From assembly GCA_964350885.1 (NCBI GenBank), contig CAYGKV010000007.1, positions 1 to 35,280 of the forward strand: DNA of 35,280 nucleotides. The letters are read 5' to 3'. The position numbers and the translations under genes were made by a program. Shown here piece by piece: positions 17,864-26,551 of this stretch. Numbering within the stretch: the first letter of the stretch is position 1; every line of letters begins with the position of its first letter. This DNA is from an uncultured Candidatus Saccharibacteria bacterium. Its GTDB lineage: Bacteria > Patescibacteriota > Minisyncoccia > Phycocordibacterales > UBA2100. A model generated the notes under the pieces. It had not been told where the DNA came from. It saw only the letters and a list, made by a program, of their open reading frames with translations, and did not search any database.

Positions 17864-18127
17864 ATGCGCATCAAAACAACTCCACGTTTTGATCGCAGGC
17901 TTAAGGCGTTTGTGAAATCACATCCGGAGCTGCGCGAGAAAACGGCCGAGCTTATTGATCGCATCGCACTCAATCCATTCAATACACGAAACAAGACGCA
18001 CATGCTCTCTGGGGCGCTCAAGGGTGTCTGGGCATCTGATATCAATTATCACTACCGGATATTATTCCTTCTATCAGGCGACGCGGCTGAACTTGTGAAC
18101 GTTGGTTCGCACGATGAAGTGTATTAG
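17864..18127 (+). CDS. RelE/ParE-superfamily type II toxin (mRNA interferase-like)
   Basis: 87 aa. LSGALKGVWASDINYHYRILF...VNVGSHDEVY is the characteristic RelE/YafQ/ParE-type C-terminal pattern. Confidence 0.8.
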   Translation: MRIKTTPRFDRRLKAFVKSHPELREKTAELIDRIALNPFNTRNKTHMLSGALKGVWASDINYHYRILFLLSGDAAELVNVGSHDEVY

Positions 18128-18188
18128 GACAGGAGAAGAATCCGTATACCTGATTTTGATGGATGAGTAAAAATGCTATTATATCGAT

Positions 18189-18806
18189 ATGATTCTCACA
18201 TTTCACGAAGGCGCATGTATTCGCGCAAGCGCGGGAGACACCACGCTCGTCTTCGGGCCGATATCCAAGAGTTCCAAGAATTTCAAGCCGACCAATTTTG
18301 GCGCGGACGTGGCATTCATCCCGCTCCATCACCCTGATATGAATGGGAGCGTTGAGGCGGGGCGCGGAGAGAAGCAGCCGTTTGTGATTTCTGGTCCGGG
18401 TGAATACGAAGTGAGCGATGTCACGGTCACGAGCTTTGGTGCGGGCTCGATGTACGCGGGTGAAGGACGCATCAATACGATCTACTCTGTCTCTTTCGAC
18501 GGCATGTCGATTCTGTACCTCGGTGCGCTCGGAGATTTGGATGTGCCGAATGATGTGCTTGAGATGGATTCACCGGATGTGCTCATTGTGCCTATTGGTG
18601 GCAACGGCATCTTGAATGCCGCCGAGGCGCAGAAACTTGCGGTGAAGCTCGAGGCGAAGATCGTGATACCTGTTTTATACGATGACAAGTCGCTCAAACA
18701 ATTTTTGAAAGAAGCGGGCGAGGACGTGAAGCCGGCAGACAAGCTCACCTTGAAACCGCGCGATTTGGTGGGCAAAGAGAATGATGTCGTTGTGTTATCA
18801 GCATAA
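18189..18806 (+). CDS. MBL-fold metallo-hydrolase-like protein
   Basis: 205 aa with an alternating beta pattern and ADVAFIPLHHPDMNG / VLIVPIGG motifs resembling UPF0173-type beta-lactamase-fold proteins. Called by eye. Confidence 0.6.
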   Translation: MILTFHEGACIRASAGDTTLVFGPISKSSKNFKPTNFGADVAFIPLHHPDMNGSVEAGRGEKQPFVISGPGEYEVSDVTVTSFGAGSMYAGEGRINTIYSVSFDGMSILYLGALGDLDVPNDVLEMDSPDVLIVPIGGNGILNAAEAQKLAVKLEAKIVIPVLYDDKSLKQFLKEAGEDVKPADKLTLKPRDLVGKENDVVVLSA

Positions 18807-18815
18807 GAGACTACC

Positions 18816-19190
18816 GTGCTCCAAAAATCCTTAAACAACTTAAACAACCTGAAGCAAGGTCCCAAGGAGGACAAGGTGGCCGTCGCGAGCGGGATTGCTA
18901 TCTCTGTTGTCGCAGTGCTTCTCGTTGGGTGGGGGATTTTGTTTTTCCACAAGATCCAAAAGGGGGACCAGGTATTAAACCTTGGTGGAGGAGCGCAGGA
19001 TGAATTTAATTTCCAAAATGTGAAAGATGCACAACAGCAATTGCAGGACGCATACTCAAATACCGCCGACGAACTTCGTCGGATTCGCGATGAAGCAGGG
19101 TTACAGATTGCGCCGATACAGATCGATAGCGGTACGCAGCAAACGCAAGGAGGAATTGACCCATTTGGTTCATCGAACTCAGCCCCCTAA
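18816..19190 (+). CDS. Hypothetical single-pass membrane protein
   Basis: 124 aa, GTG start, one TM (IAISVVAVLLVGWGILFF), Gln-rich C-terminal region. Confidence 0.5.
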   Translation: MLQKSLNNLNNLKQGPKEDKVAVASGIAISVVAVLLVGWGILFFHKIQKGDQVLNLGGGAQDEFNFQNVKDAQQQLQDAYSNTADELRRIRDEAGLQIAPIQIDSGTQQTQGGIDPFGSSNSAP

Positions 19191-19257
19191 AGCATCATAT
19201 TTCAAGCATTTTCGACTAGCGTTCGGAGTCATTTTCTGCTATAATTAAGTCTACTGT

Positions 19258-21750
19258 ATGGTTGCCAAAAAGGACGAAAAAACGCCGGATTCAGGTGAGA
19301 AGGCTCCGCACATCAACGTCGTTTCGCGCTCTATTACGACCGAGATGCGCGAGTCGTATCTCGATTATGCGATGTCTGTCATTACCTCTCGCGCCCTCCC
19401 GGATGTACGCGATGGGCTCAAGCCAGTGCACCGCCGCATTTTGTTTGCAATGCAAGATGCCGGCCTTACCGTATCGGCAAAGACGCGCAAGTCTGCCACC
19501 GTGGTCGGCGATGTGTTGGGCAAATATCATCCGCACGGCGACGCGTCTGTCTATGATGCGATGGTAAAAATGGCGCAGGATTTCACAATGCGGTACCCAT
19601 TGATTGTGGGTCAAGGCAACTTTGGTTCGATAGACGGCGATGGCGCGGCGGCCTACCGATACACCGAAGCCAAAATGTCGCGGCTTGCGGGCGAGATGAT
19701 GAAAGACATTGATAAAGAAACGGTGGATTTTGTCCCCAATTACGACAACACAAGAATGGAGCCTTCGGTCTTGCCATCGGGAACCCCGAATCTTCTTCTC
19801 AATGGAACGCTCGGTATTGCCGTCGGTATGGCGACCAACATCCCGCCGCACAATCTGCGAGAAGTATGCGAGGCCTCCGTTCACTTGATTGAAAACCCTG
19901 AAGCCACGACAGAGGATTTGTTGCAATTTGTGCAAGGCCCCGATTTCCCGACCGGTTGCATCGCGTTTAACCAAAAAGACATCGCGCACGCGTATTCGAC
20001 TGGTCGTGGCGGAGTCGTGGTGCGCGGTGACGCGGAGATTGTGGAAGGGAAGAAGGGTGATTACCATATCGTCATTACCTCGATTCCGTTTCGTGTCAAC
20101 AAATCGGATCTCCTCACCAAGATCGCGGATTTGGTGCATGAGAAAAAGCTCGAAGGAATCCGGGATATCCGCGACGAATCCACCAAAGACATTCGCATCG
20201 TGATCGAGCTCAAGAACAACGCGAACGCGCAGACGGTTTTGAATTATTTGTACAAACACACACAGATCGAAGAGACCTTCCACTACAACGTCGTCGCGCT
20301 CGTGGATGGCGTACCGCAGACGCTCTCGCTCAAGGCGCTTTTGGAATATTTTATCGCCCACCGGCAAGATGTCGTCACAAAGCGCACGAAGTATGATCTC
20401 AAGGTAGCGCTCGCGCGCGAACACATTCTGCTCGGTCTCAAAAAAGCGCTCGATCATATAGACGAAATCATTAAGCTCATCAAGAAAAGCAAGGATGTGG
20501 ATGAGGCGCGCCTCCAACTCATGAAGGTGTTTACATTTTCCGAAATTCAAGCAAACGCGATTCTCGAAATGCGCCTTCAGAAGCTTGCCGGTCTTGAGCG
20601 CAAAAAGATCGAAGACGAGCTCAAGGAAGTACAGGCGCTGATCGAGGAATTGACCGCGCTTCTGAAGAGCGCGAAAAAAATGATGGATCTCATCAAAAAG
20701 GAGATTCGCGAAGTGATCGAAAAATATGGCGACGATCGTCGTACCAAAATCGTGAAGCGCGGCGCGACGATACTTAGTGCAGAAGATTTGATTGCCGATG
20801 AGGACTCTGTGCTCGTCCTCACTTCTGGCGGTTACATCAAGCGCACCAACCCGAGCGAATATCGCCGACAAAAGCGCGGTGGAGTGGGCGTCGTGGACCT
20901 CGATACGAAAGAAGAAGATTTTGTAACCCAATTTTTGACCGCGAGCGCGCACAGTGATCTGCTCTTTTTCTCCGACCGCGGCAAAGCATACCAATTAAAA
21001 ATGTATGATCTTCCCGAAGGCAAGCGTGCGACAAAAGGCAAGTCCATCATGAATTTCATTTCGCTCGAACAGGGAGAAAACATCACCTCTATTCTTGCAA
21101 TGCCGAAGGAGAAAAAAGTGGTCGAGGGTCTGTCGCTCCTCATGGCAACACGCAATGGTACCGTGAAGCGCGCTGCCGCAAAGCAATTCAACGAAGTGCG
21201 ACGCAGCGGCCTAATCGCGATTGGTCTCGACAAAGGCGACGCGCTCATCTCCGCGCAGTTTGTGTATCCCGGCGATGACACCGTACTTGTCACGTCGAAA
21301 GGACAGGCGATCCGCTGTGCCGCAAAAAGCATTCGCGAGATGGGTCGGCAAGCCGGAGGGGTGCGTGGGATCAAACTCAAAAGCGGCGATACCATTGTGG
21401 GGACGGGTATCGTTCCAAAGGAGGCGAAAAACGCCGAACTCCTCGTGCTCTCTTCGACGGGGTACGGCAAAAAGACAAAACTTTCTGAATACAAAACGCA
21501 GGGGCGTGGCGGCAGCGGTATCAAGACCATGTCTATCACAGTAAAAACGAAGCAGCTTATAGGGGCAGCCGTTGTGTTGAACGGTGGTGAGCTCGTGGCG
21601 ATGTCGAAGAAGAGTCAGACCATCCGCACTGGCCTTGAAGAAATCCCTACGCTCAGCCGCGCGACACAGGGCGTTCGCGTTATGAAGTTGCGTGAAGGGG
21701 ACCAGGTAGCTTCGTTTGTGGTGTTTGAAGTACCCGCGACTGGAGAATAA
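19258..21750 (+). CDS. gyrA: DNA gyrase subunit A
   Basis: 830 aa. [24 protein letters not shown], active-site region [12 protein letters not shown]-terminal beta-pinwheel repeats. Confidence 0.97.
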   Translation: MVAKKDEKTPDSGEKAPHINVVSRSITTEMRESYLDYAMSVITSRALPDVRDGLKPVHRRILFAMQDAGLTVSAKTRKSATVVGDVLGKYHPHGDASVYDAMVKMAQDFTMRYPLIVGQGNFGSIDGDGAAAYRYTEAKMSRLAGEMMKDIDKETVDFVPNYDNTRMEPSVLPSGTPNLLLNGTLGIAVGMATNIPPHNLREVCEASVHLIENPEATTEDLLQFVQGPDFPTGCIAFNQKDIAHAYSTGRGGVVVRGDAEIVEGKKGDYHIVITSIPFRVNKSDLLTKIADLVHEKKLEGIRDIRDESTKDIRIVIELKNNANAQTVLNYLYKHTQIEETFHYNVVALVDGVPQTLSLKALLEYFIAHRQDVVTKRTKYDLKVALAREHILLGLKKALDHIDEIIKLIKKSKDVDEARLQLMKVFTFSEIQANAILEMRLQKLAGLERKKIEDELKEVQALIEELTALLKSAKKMMDLIKKEIREVIEKYGDDRRTKIVKRGATILSAEDLIADEDSVLVLTSGGYIKRTNPSEYRRQKRGGVGVVDLDTKEEDFVTQFLTASAHSDLLFFSDRGKAYQLKMYDLPEGKRATKGKSIMNFISLEQGENITSILAMPKEKKVVEGLSLLMATRNGTVKRAAAKQFNEVRRSGLIAIGLDKGDALISAQFVYPGDDTVLVTSKGQAIRCAAKSIREMGRQAGGVRGIKLKSGDTIVGTGIVPKEAKNAELLVLSSTGYGKKTKLSEYKTQGRGGSGIKTMSITVKTKQLIGAAVVLNGGELVAMSKKSQTIRTGLEEIPTLSRATQGVRVMKLREGDQVASFVVFEVPATGE

Positions 21751-21839
21751 ATACATGACGAAATTATGGATGTCGGACATCCACAACGTGTGCATAAAAG
21801 GGCGATGGTAGTGCTGGAAGTTCGCTATACTACATACTA

Positions 21840-22409
21840 ATGCAAACGCATACTCCGTTACAGACGGCACATTTTGCGCATCCGCGGCGCAACATCGCGG
21901 CACTCGGTGTTGAGCCCGGTATGTCTGTTGCCGACTTTGGATCGGGGAGCGGAATCTATGTGCTCCATATTGCTGAAGCGCTAAAAGACGCAGGACATGT
22001 GTACGCGATAGATATTCAACGCGATCTTTTGAAACGTCTCAAAAACGAAGCGCATCGACGTGGGTTCAAAAACGTCGAGGTTATCTGGGCTGATCTTGAG
22101 GGCGCGGGATCGTCGAAAATTGCAGATGGTAAACTCGATTTGGTGCTCGTGTCGAATTTTCTCTTCCAAATAGAGAATAAAGCTGCGATATTTAAAGAAG
22201 CGCGCCGGATCGTGCGGCCGAGCGGCCGTCTAGCGGTCATTGATTGGCGGGAATCATATGGCGGTATGGGGCCGCAAAAAGAAGATGTCGTCACAAAGGA
22301 GGCGGCAGAGGCTCTTGCGCGAGAATCTGGATTCGCACTGGAGCGTGAATTTCCCGCTGGCGCGCATCATTACGGACTCGTTTTTCGATTAGTCAAAGAA
22401 AGTGTATAA
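21840..22409 (+). CDS. Class I SAM-dependent methyltransferase
   Basis: 189 aa. Motif I VADFGSGSGIY, and post-I/II acidic residues (YAIDI, WADLE). Confidence 0.8.
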   Translation: MQTHTPLQTAHFAHPRRNIAALGVEPGMSVADFGSGSGIYVLHIAEALKDAGHVYAIDIQRDLLKRLKNEAHRRGFKNVEVIWADLEGAGSSKIADGKLDLVLVSNFLFQIENKAAIFKEARRIVRPSGRLAVIDWRESYGGMGPQKEDVVTKEAAEALARESGFALEREFPAGAHHYGLVFRLVKESV

Positions 22410-22414
22410 ACACC

Positions 22415-23767
22415 ATGAAAAGACTTTCAATATTTCAGATCATCCTTTTGGTTTCCTTCGGCAGTCTCGCGGTCGCCGGAGTGCTTGTATTTGCACTTGC
22501 CGTGGGAGGAGGGCAAACCAACACCGTTGGTTCCATTACGATCTGGGGGACTCTCGACAAGGCTGCGTTTTCGGCCGTTCTTCGAAGCGCGTCTCAAGAG
22601 GTTCAAGAGTTGAAACAAGTGACGTATGAACAAAAAGATCCAACGACATACGAAAGCGAGCTTACGAATGCGCTCGCGAGCGGTACGGGCCCTGATCTTT
22701 TCCTCATGCGACAGGATTATGCGCTCAAGAATAGTGGCAAGGTCTATCCCGTGCTCTTCTCTGTGTTTTCACAAACCAATTTTGAGAGCACCTTTATCGA
22801 ATCTGCAAAGACGTTTCTTATACAGGATGGTTTTGTAGCCGTCCCTTTGCTCGCCGACCCTCTCGTTTTCTATGTCAACAAGGACCTGCTTGCTTCTGGG
22901 GGATTTGCAGAGCCACCAAAGTATTGGGACGAGCTCTTCAACATATCTAAGAAACTTACGAAAAAAGACGACTCTGGGTCTATCATACAGTCCACTATTG
23001 CACTTGGTGAATATCAAAACGTACCATATGCAAAAAACATCCTTGCAACCCTTATTCTTCAGGCGGGGGGTTCTGTTACGAGACGCGACGTAGGGGGAAA
23101 TTTAATATCAACTCTTACGCCTAAAGAGGGAGAGAATTCGCAAGCCGCTATCTCCGCCCTCCGTTTCTTTACCGAATTTGCCGACCCATCGAAAGATTAT
23201 TATTCCTGGAATCGCTCGCTTCCAGACGCGCAAAAGGCATTTTCTGCAGGCGATTTGGCATTCTATATCGGCTACGCGAGCGAATCGTCTTTTATTTCTC
23301 GCACGAATTCAAACCTTAATTATGTTGTTGCGCCTTTGCCGCAGATTCGTCCTACTCCAAATACTTCCGGCACTGTCCTCAGCACGGCGCGCGTCTATGG
23401 GCTGGCAGCTTCTCGCACTGGTAAAAATCCCGGAGGAGCCATCACGGTTGCATTTATCCTCGCGGATAAAGTAAATTCTAATTCACTCTCATTTGCGCTA
23501 GGGCTTTCCCCCGCACGAACAGATGTTTTGAAAGCGCTGGAACAAAAAAGTACTCGGGCAGCGTCGTTGCTTCCCGATACTATTTGTAAGGGACAAGATG
23601 TTGCGCTCTGTTCGACCATCTTTGCCCGATTTTGGCTTGATCCTGATCCCGAAAAGACAGATCAGATATTCCGCGGTATGATTCAAAATACGACGAGCGG
23701 GGCACTGCAAGTCAGAGAAGCAATCCAGCGTGCAGACCAAGAGTTTGGGCAACTCTTAAAGCAATGA
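22415..23767 (+). CDS. Membrane-anchored extracellular solute-binding protein (ABC family-1-like), orphan
   Basis: 450 aa with an N-terminal TM. The overall pattern (GPDLFLM, PLLADPLVFYVNKDL, YWDELF) fits sugar-type SBPs. No permease or ATPase gene is adjacent. Confidence 0.7.
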   Translation: MKRLSIFQIILLVSFGSLAVAGVLVFALAVGGGQTNTVGSITIWGTLDKAAFSAVLRSASQEVQELKQVTYEQKDPTTYESELTNALASGTGPDLFLMRQDYALKNSGKVYPVLFSVFSQTNFESTFIESAKTFLIQDGFVAVPLLADPLVFYVNKDLLASGGFAEPPKYWDELFNISKKLTKKDDSGSIIQSTIALGEYQNVPYAKNILATLILQAGGSVTRRDVGGNLISTLTPKEGENSQAAISALRFFTEFADPSKDYYSWNRSLPDAQKAFSAGDLAFYIGYASESSFISRTNSNLNYVVAPLPQIRPTPNTSGTVLSTARVYGLAASRTGKNPGGAITVAFILADKVNSNSLSFALGLSPARTDVLKALEQKSTRAASLLPDTICKGQDVALCSTIFARFWLDPDPEKTDQIFRGMIQNTTSGALQVREAIQRADQEFGQLLKQ

Positions 23768-24129
23768 AAAACCTCAAACGCATCACACGATACTTTTTTG
23801 TAAGCGCTGCGAGTCTCGCCTTTGTGTTTTTCGCACAGGGAGTAACCGCACAAACACGTCTTGAGAATCCTTTGGATTCCAGCTTTAGTGACATTCCTTC
23901 GTTTATCGCGGGGGCGCTCAAGGTATTGGTCATGGTGGCACTTCCTCTGATCGCGCTTTTCATCGTCGTCGCGGGATTCATGTTTATCAAAGCGCGAGGG
24001 AACCCGAGTGATCTCACAAAAGCAAAAGATAACTTCTTGTACGTCATCATCGGGGCCTTGCTCATTCTGGGTGCGTGGGTGATAGCGACATTGATCAGCG
24101 GCACGGTCTCGCAGCTTCTTGGAAGGTGA
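23764..24129 (+). CDS. TrbC/VirB2-like (T4SS-pilin-like) small two-TM protein
   Basis: 121 aa. Signal peptide, LENPL motif, and two TM helices flanking KARGNPSDLTKAKD. The start overlaps the SBP stop (ATGA). Confidence 0.7.
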   Translation: MKNLKRITRYFFVSAASLAFVFFAQGVTAQTRLENPLDSSFSDIPSFIAGALKVLVMVALPLIALFIVVAGFMFIKARGNPSDLTKAKDNFLYVIIGALLILGAWVIATLISGTVSQLLGR

Positions 24130-24130
24130 T

Positions 24131-24442
24131 ATGAGACAGGTATTTGTCATTGCTACTAGTCTCCTTATTGCGTCTCCTGCGTTAGCGCTTGCTGCGCCGC
24201 GCACCTTCCAAGAACTCTCGATTAAGATTGTTGAGCTTATTAATCTCACGATTCCCGTGCTGATTCTCGCCGGGATCGTAATCTATCTCTATGGAGTTTC
24301 TACAAATATTCTAAACTTCAGTGACGACAGTAGAGAAAAGGTCAGAGCGTATTTCTTCTGGGGGATCGTCATATTGTTTGTTATGCTCTCCATTTGGGGC
24401 ATTTTGAATCTTCTCAAAAACACATTCCTTTCGGTAAGTTAA
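24131..24442 (+). CDS. Small secreted/two-TM protein, paralogue family with C-terminal SIWGI..LL.NTF motif
   Basis: An ATG 1 nt after the previous stop (TGAtATG). Signal peptide ...ALALAAP. C-terminal motif FFWGIVILFVMLSIWGILNLLKNTF. Confidence 0.65.
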   Translation: MRQVFVIATSLLIASPALALAAPRTFQELSIKIVELINLTIPVLILAGIVIYLYGVSTNILNFSDDSREKVRAYFFWGIVILFVMLSIWGILNLLKNTFLSVS

Positions 24443-24444
24443 TC

Positions 24445-24873
24445 ATGTGCGCGCTGCTCCATTCAAATCGCATGGAATATTTCACTCGCTTCATACCTTC
24501 GATGATCGCGCTTGTGGTCGCCTTGCCCATGTCGGCGGCCGCGCTCGGTCTTTCGCATGTAATCGGATTTTTCAATATTTTCGTGGGTCTTATGCTGGCT
24601 ACGGCGCTCGTTCTCTACGGTACGGGATTTATTATGTGGCTATGTCGATTGGGGACGTGGCCTTCGTATCGTACTGAAGCGCTTAGGATCATGGAGTGGT
24701 CGGTTGTTGTGCTTTTTGTTCTCGTAGTTCTTCTTGCTATAGTGCAATTTTTCCAAGGTCATCCGCGGACTGCTTCATATGTCGTCTCGACGATCGTGGT
24801 TCTTCTTGTTGTCGGCGGCGCTCTATTTGCCGCTGCAAAAAGCGGTGAAAAAAAAGAGGAAAAGAAACGCTAA
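24445..24873 (+). CDS. Hypothetical four-TM membrane protein with Lys/Glu tail
   Basis: An ATG 2 nt after the previous stop. 142 aa, hydrophobic, C-terminal SGEKKEEKKR. Confidence 0.55.
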   Translation: MCALLHSNRMEYFTRFIPSMIALVVALPMSAAALGLSHVIGFFNIFVGLMLATALVLYGTGFIMWLCRLGTWPSYRTEALRIMEWSVVVLFVLVVLLAIVQFFQGHPRTASYVVSTIVVLLVVGGALFAAAKSGEKKEEKKR

Positions 24874-24892
24874 TTTATCCAGCCTGGCCCAC

Positions 24893-25135
24893 CGCGTCAG
24901 CCTCCGGCTGACACTCGACCCGCCTAAAGGCGGGCGCACTCGCGTGCGGGTTCGCCCGCACATGCTTGTGCGTGCATAACACTCTCGCATCAGCCTTCGG
25001 CTGACACTCGACCCGCCTAAAGGCGGGCGCACTCGCGTGCGGGTTCGCCCGCACATGCTTGTGCGTGCATAACACTCTCGCATCAGCCTTCGGCTGACAC
25101 TCGACCCGCCTAAAGGCGGGCGCACTCGCGTGCGG
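24893..25135 (+). repeat. Head-to-tail tandem repeat, 93-nt unit x about 2.7, hairpin-rich, intergenic
   Basis: Units at about 24893-24980, 24981-25073 and 25074-25135 are identical except for 1 nt. Each full unit carries hairpins cagccttcggctg, cccgcc-taaa-ggcggg and gtgcggg-ttcg-cccgcac. Confidence 0.9.
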
Positions 25136-25212
25136 TGTTATCCACACGCGGGGCGGGGAAGGCTATTGTCTTTTGAGCCCCTGCTTATACCATTGAGAGT
25201 ACCTTAGAATAA

Positions 25213-25572
25213 ATGAGTAATCCTAATATTATGAAGAAACATGTTGTCGGTATTTCTGCGTTGATGCTTGTGTTTCCGGCTCTTGCGAGCGCGCAGGACT
25301 TTACCGGTACTCTTATCACCATTAGTAGCGTGCTGAATGCCGCGATAGGTATTTTTGTTACACTTGCAATTGTCGTCTTCTTCTGGGGTCTCATCCAGTA
25401 TCTGGTGAATGTGGGTGAGGAAAAAGCCAAGGGTCTATCGATCATGTTTTACGGTGTCGTCGCGATTTTCGTCATGGTTTCTATCTGGGGCATCATCCGC
25501 CTCCTCCAGAACACCTTCAAGGTTGGCAATACCACTCCTATCATTCCGGGCGGGATTTACTATAGGCCGTAG
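25213..25572 (+). CDS. Small secreted/two-TM protein, same paralogue family (SIWGI..LL.NTF)
   Basis: 119 aa. Signal peptide ...PALASAQ. C-terminal MFYGVVAIFVMVSIWGIIRLLQNTF. An alternative start exists at 25231. Confidence 0.65.
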   Translation: MSNPNIMKKHVVGISALMLVFPALASAQDFTGTLITISSVLNAAIGIFVTLAIVVFFWGLIQYLVNVGEEKAKGLSIMFYGVVAIFVMVSIWGIIRLLQNTFKVGNTTPIIPGGIYYRP

Positions 25573-25668
25573 GTGGTCGGATAGGGGCCTGGGATCGGTC
25601 ACTGACTCGGATGTTCAGCATGCATTCTCTCCAAAATCTAATAGATCAATGCTAGCTAGTCTTTCTTC

Positions 25669-25986
25669 ATGGATGCGATAGGCGACGTAATGCAGCGATT
25701 TGAGGAATTCATCATCGTCCCTGCGATAATGATAGTTTTTGCGGCAGGATTCCTCCTTTTTATATGGGGGCTTGTGGAGTTTTTGTGGAAACTAAACGAG
25801 GGAGGGGACAACAAAGAGGGAAAGTCGCACATGCTGTGGGGTATCGTGGGCATGTTTATCATGGTGTCTGTCTACGGCATTCTCAGCATACTCGACAACA
25901 CCTTCGGTCTCGATTTCAGAAATCCTGACGTCGGTCGCTCTCAGACCCAGACGGTCGTATCACCGGATTTTGGCGGCCCGCGCTGA
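25669..25986 (+). CDS. Small two-TM protein, same paralogue family
   Basis: 105 aa. C-terminal MLWGIVGMFIMVSVYGILSILDNTF matches the two paralogues above. Confidence 0.6.
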   Translation: MDAIGDVMQRFEEFIIVPAIMIVFAAGFLLFIWGLVEFLWKLNEGGDNKEGKSHMLWGIVGMFIMVSVYGILSILDNTFGLDFRNPDVGRSQTQTVVSPDFGGPR

Positions 25987-26000
25987 GGGGCACGTATATG

Positions 26001-26195
26001 TGGGCAGAGGGAGACTCGGTCACGAATAATTTGTTCGCCGCCGCTCACAAATTTTCTCGACGCCTATCGATCTTGATAGGCACCTGTGGACGGCCCGGCT
26101 CGCGGTCGCGCGTGCTCGCGCGACATCGCTCCGCCTTTCGAGACCCCCACGCCGCATGCGCAAGCATGCGGCTTCTGTCTCACTCGCCTTGCTCG
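26001..26195 (-). repeat. tRNA-3'-linked GC-rich module (Leu-UAG copy) ending in an 18-nt direct repeat of the tRNA 3' part
   Basis: tgggcagagggagactcg occurs at 26196-26213 (tRNA) and at 26001-18. The 177 nt between them contain the conserved cores and the hairpin at 26028-26053. Confidence 0.8.
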
Positions 26196-26277
26196 TGGGC
26201 AGAGGGAGACTCGAACTCCCATCCCTCGCGGGACCAGCTCCTAAGGCTGGCGCGTCTACCAATTTCGCCATCTGCCC
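26196..26277 (-). tRNA. tRNA-Leu (anticodon UAG), no encoded CCA
   Basis: Reverse complement GGGCAGATGGCGAAATTGGTAGACGCGCCAGCCTTAGGAGCTGG...GGGAGTTCGAGTCTCCCTCTGCCCA. Anticodon loop CTTAGGA, long variable arm. Confidence 0.9.
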
Positions 26278-26440
26278 GAACGTTTCTATCCTAGCACGGC
26301 ACATGTCGTCACAGATAATTCCTTCGCCGTCGCTCAGGAATTTCCGCGACCCCGGCTCGCGGCTCGCCCTGCTAGGCTCGCATCGCTCCGCCTCGGACAA
26401 AAGCAGAAAATCTCCAGCAGTGGAGATTTTCAGTCTTTTG
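26278..26440 (-). repeat. tRNA-3'-linked module (Lys copy): terminator-like hairpin plus conserved cores; no terminal tRNA repeat
   Basis: Contains catcgctccgcct (26381-26393), cccggctcgcgg (26351-26362) and the conserved-loop hairpin at 26317-26342. Fills the whole Lys to Leu(UAG) spacer. Confidence 0.7.
26407..26430 (-). terminator. Terminator-like hairpin just 3' of tRNA-Lys
   Basis: aaaa-tctcca-gcag-tggaga-tttt: a 6-bp stem flanked by A/T runs on both sides. Confidence 0.55.
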
Positions 26441-26513
26441 TCCGCCCACCAGGGATCGAACCTGGGACCCACTGCTTAAGAGGCAGTTGCTCTACCAGCT
26501 GAGCTATAGGCGG
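26441..26513 (-). tRNA. tRNA-Lys (anticodon CUU), no encoded CCA
   Basis: Reverse complement CCGCCTATAGCTCAGCTGGTAGAGCAACTGCCTCTTAAGCAGTGGGTCCCAGGTTCGATCCCTGGTGGGCGGA. Acceptor CCGCCTA/TGGGCGG, anticodon loop CTCTTAA. Confidence 0.88.
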
Positions 26514-26551
26514 AGTATGTGGGGATTCTACAGGAAACTATCGATTTATAA

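Noticed and set aside
19291-20994. 567-aa ORF on the minus strand
   Set aside because: It lies entirely antisense to gyrA, which has unambiguous motifs. Its translation is low-complexity (Arg/His/Phe-rich) with no motifs, so it is a shadow ORF in a GC-biased coding region.
24893-25135. Possible CRISPR array
   Set aside because: The units are contiguous head-to-tail copies of one 93-nt sequence with no unique spacers between them. No cas genes or leader are present.
24823-25147. Minus-strand ORFs with a perfectly repeated 31-aa peptide (…RTRTRVRPPLGGSSVSRRLMRECYARTSMCG…)
   Set aside because: The repetition follows from the 93-nt (31-codon) DNA tandem repeat. The ORFs overlap the 3' end of the plus-strand membrane protein gene, and the DNA is dominated by GC hairpins. 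I interpret it as a non-coding repeat.
25998-26479. ORFs of 98, 107 and 150 aa across the tRNA-Leu/Lys cluster, plus 81/89/68-aa ORFs at 2230-2521 over tRNA-Ser
   Set aside because: They run through bona fide tRNA genes and the GC-rich modules, which are open in several frames because of GC richness. None has start-site context or motifs.
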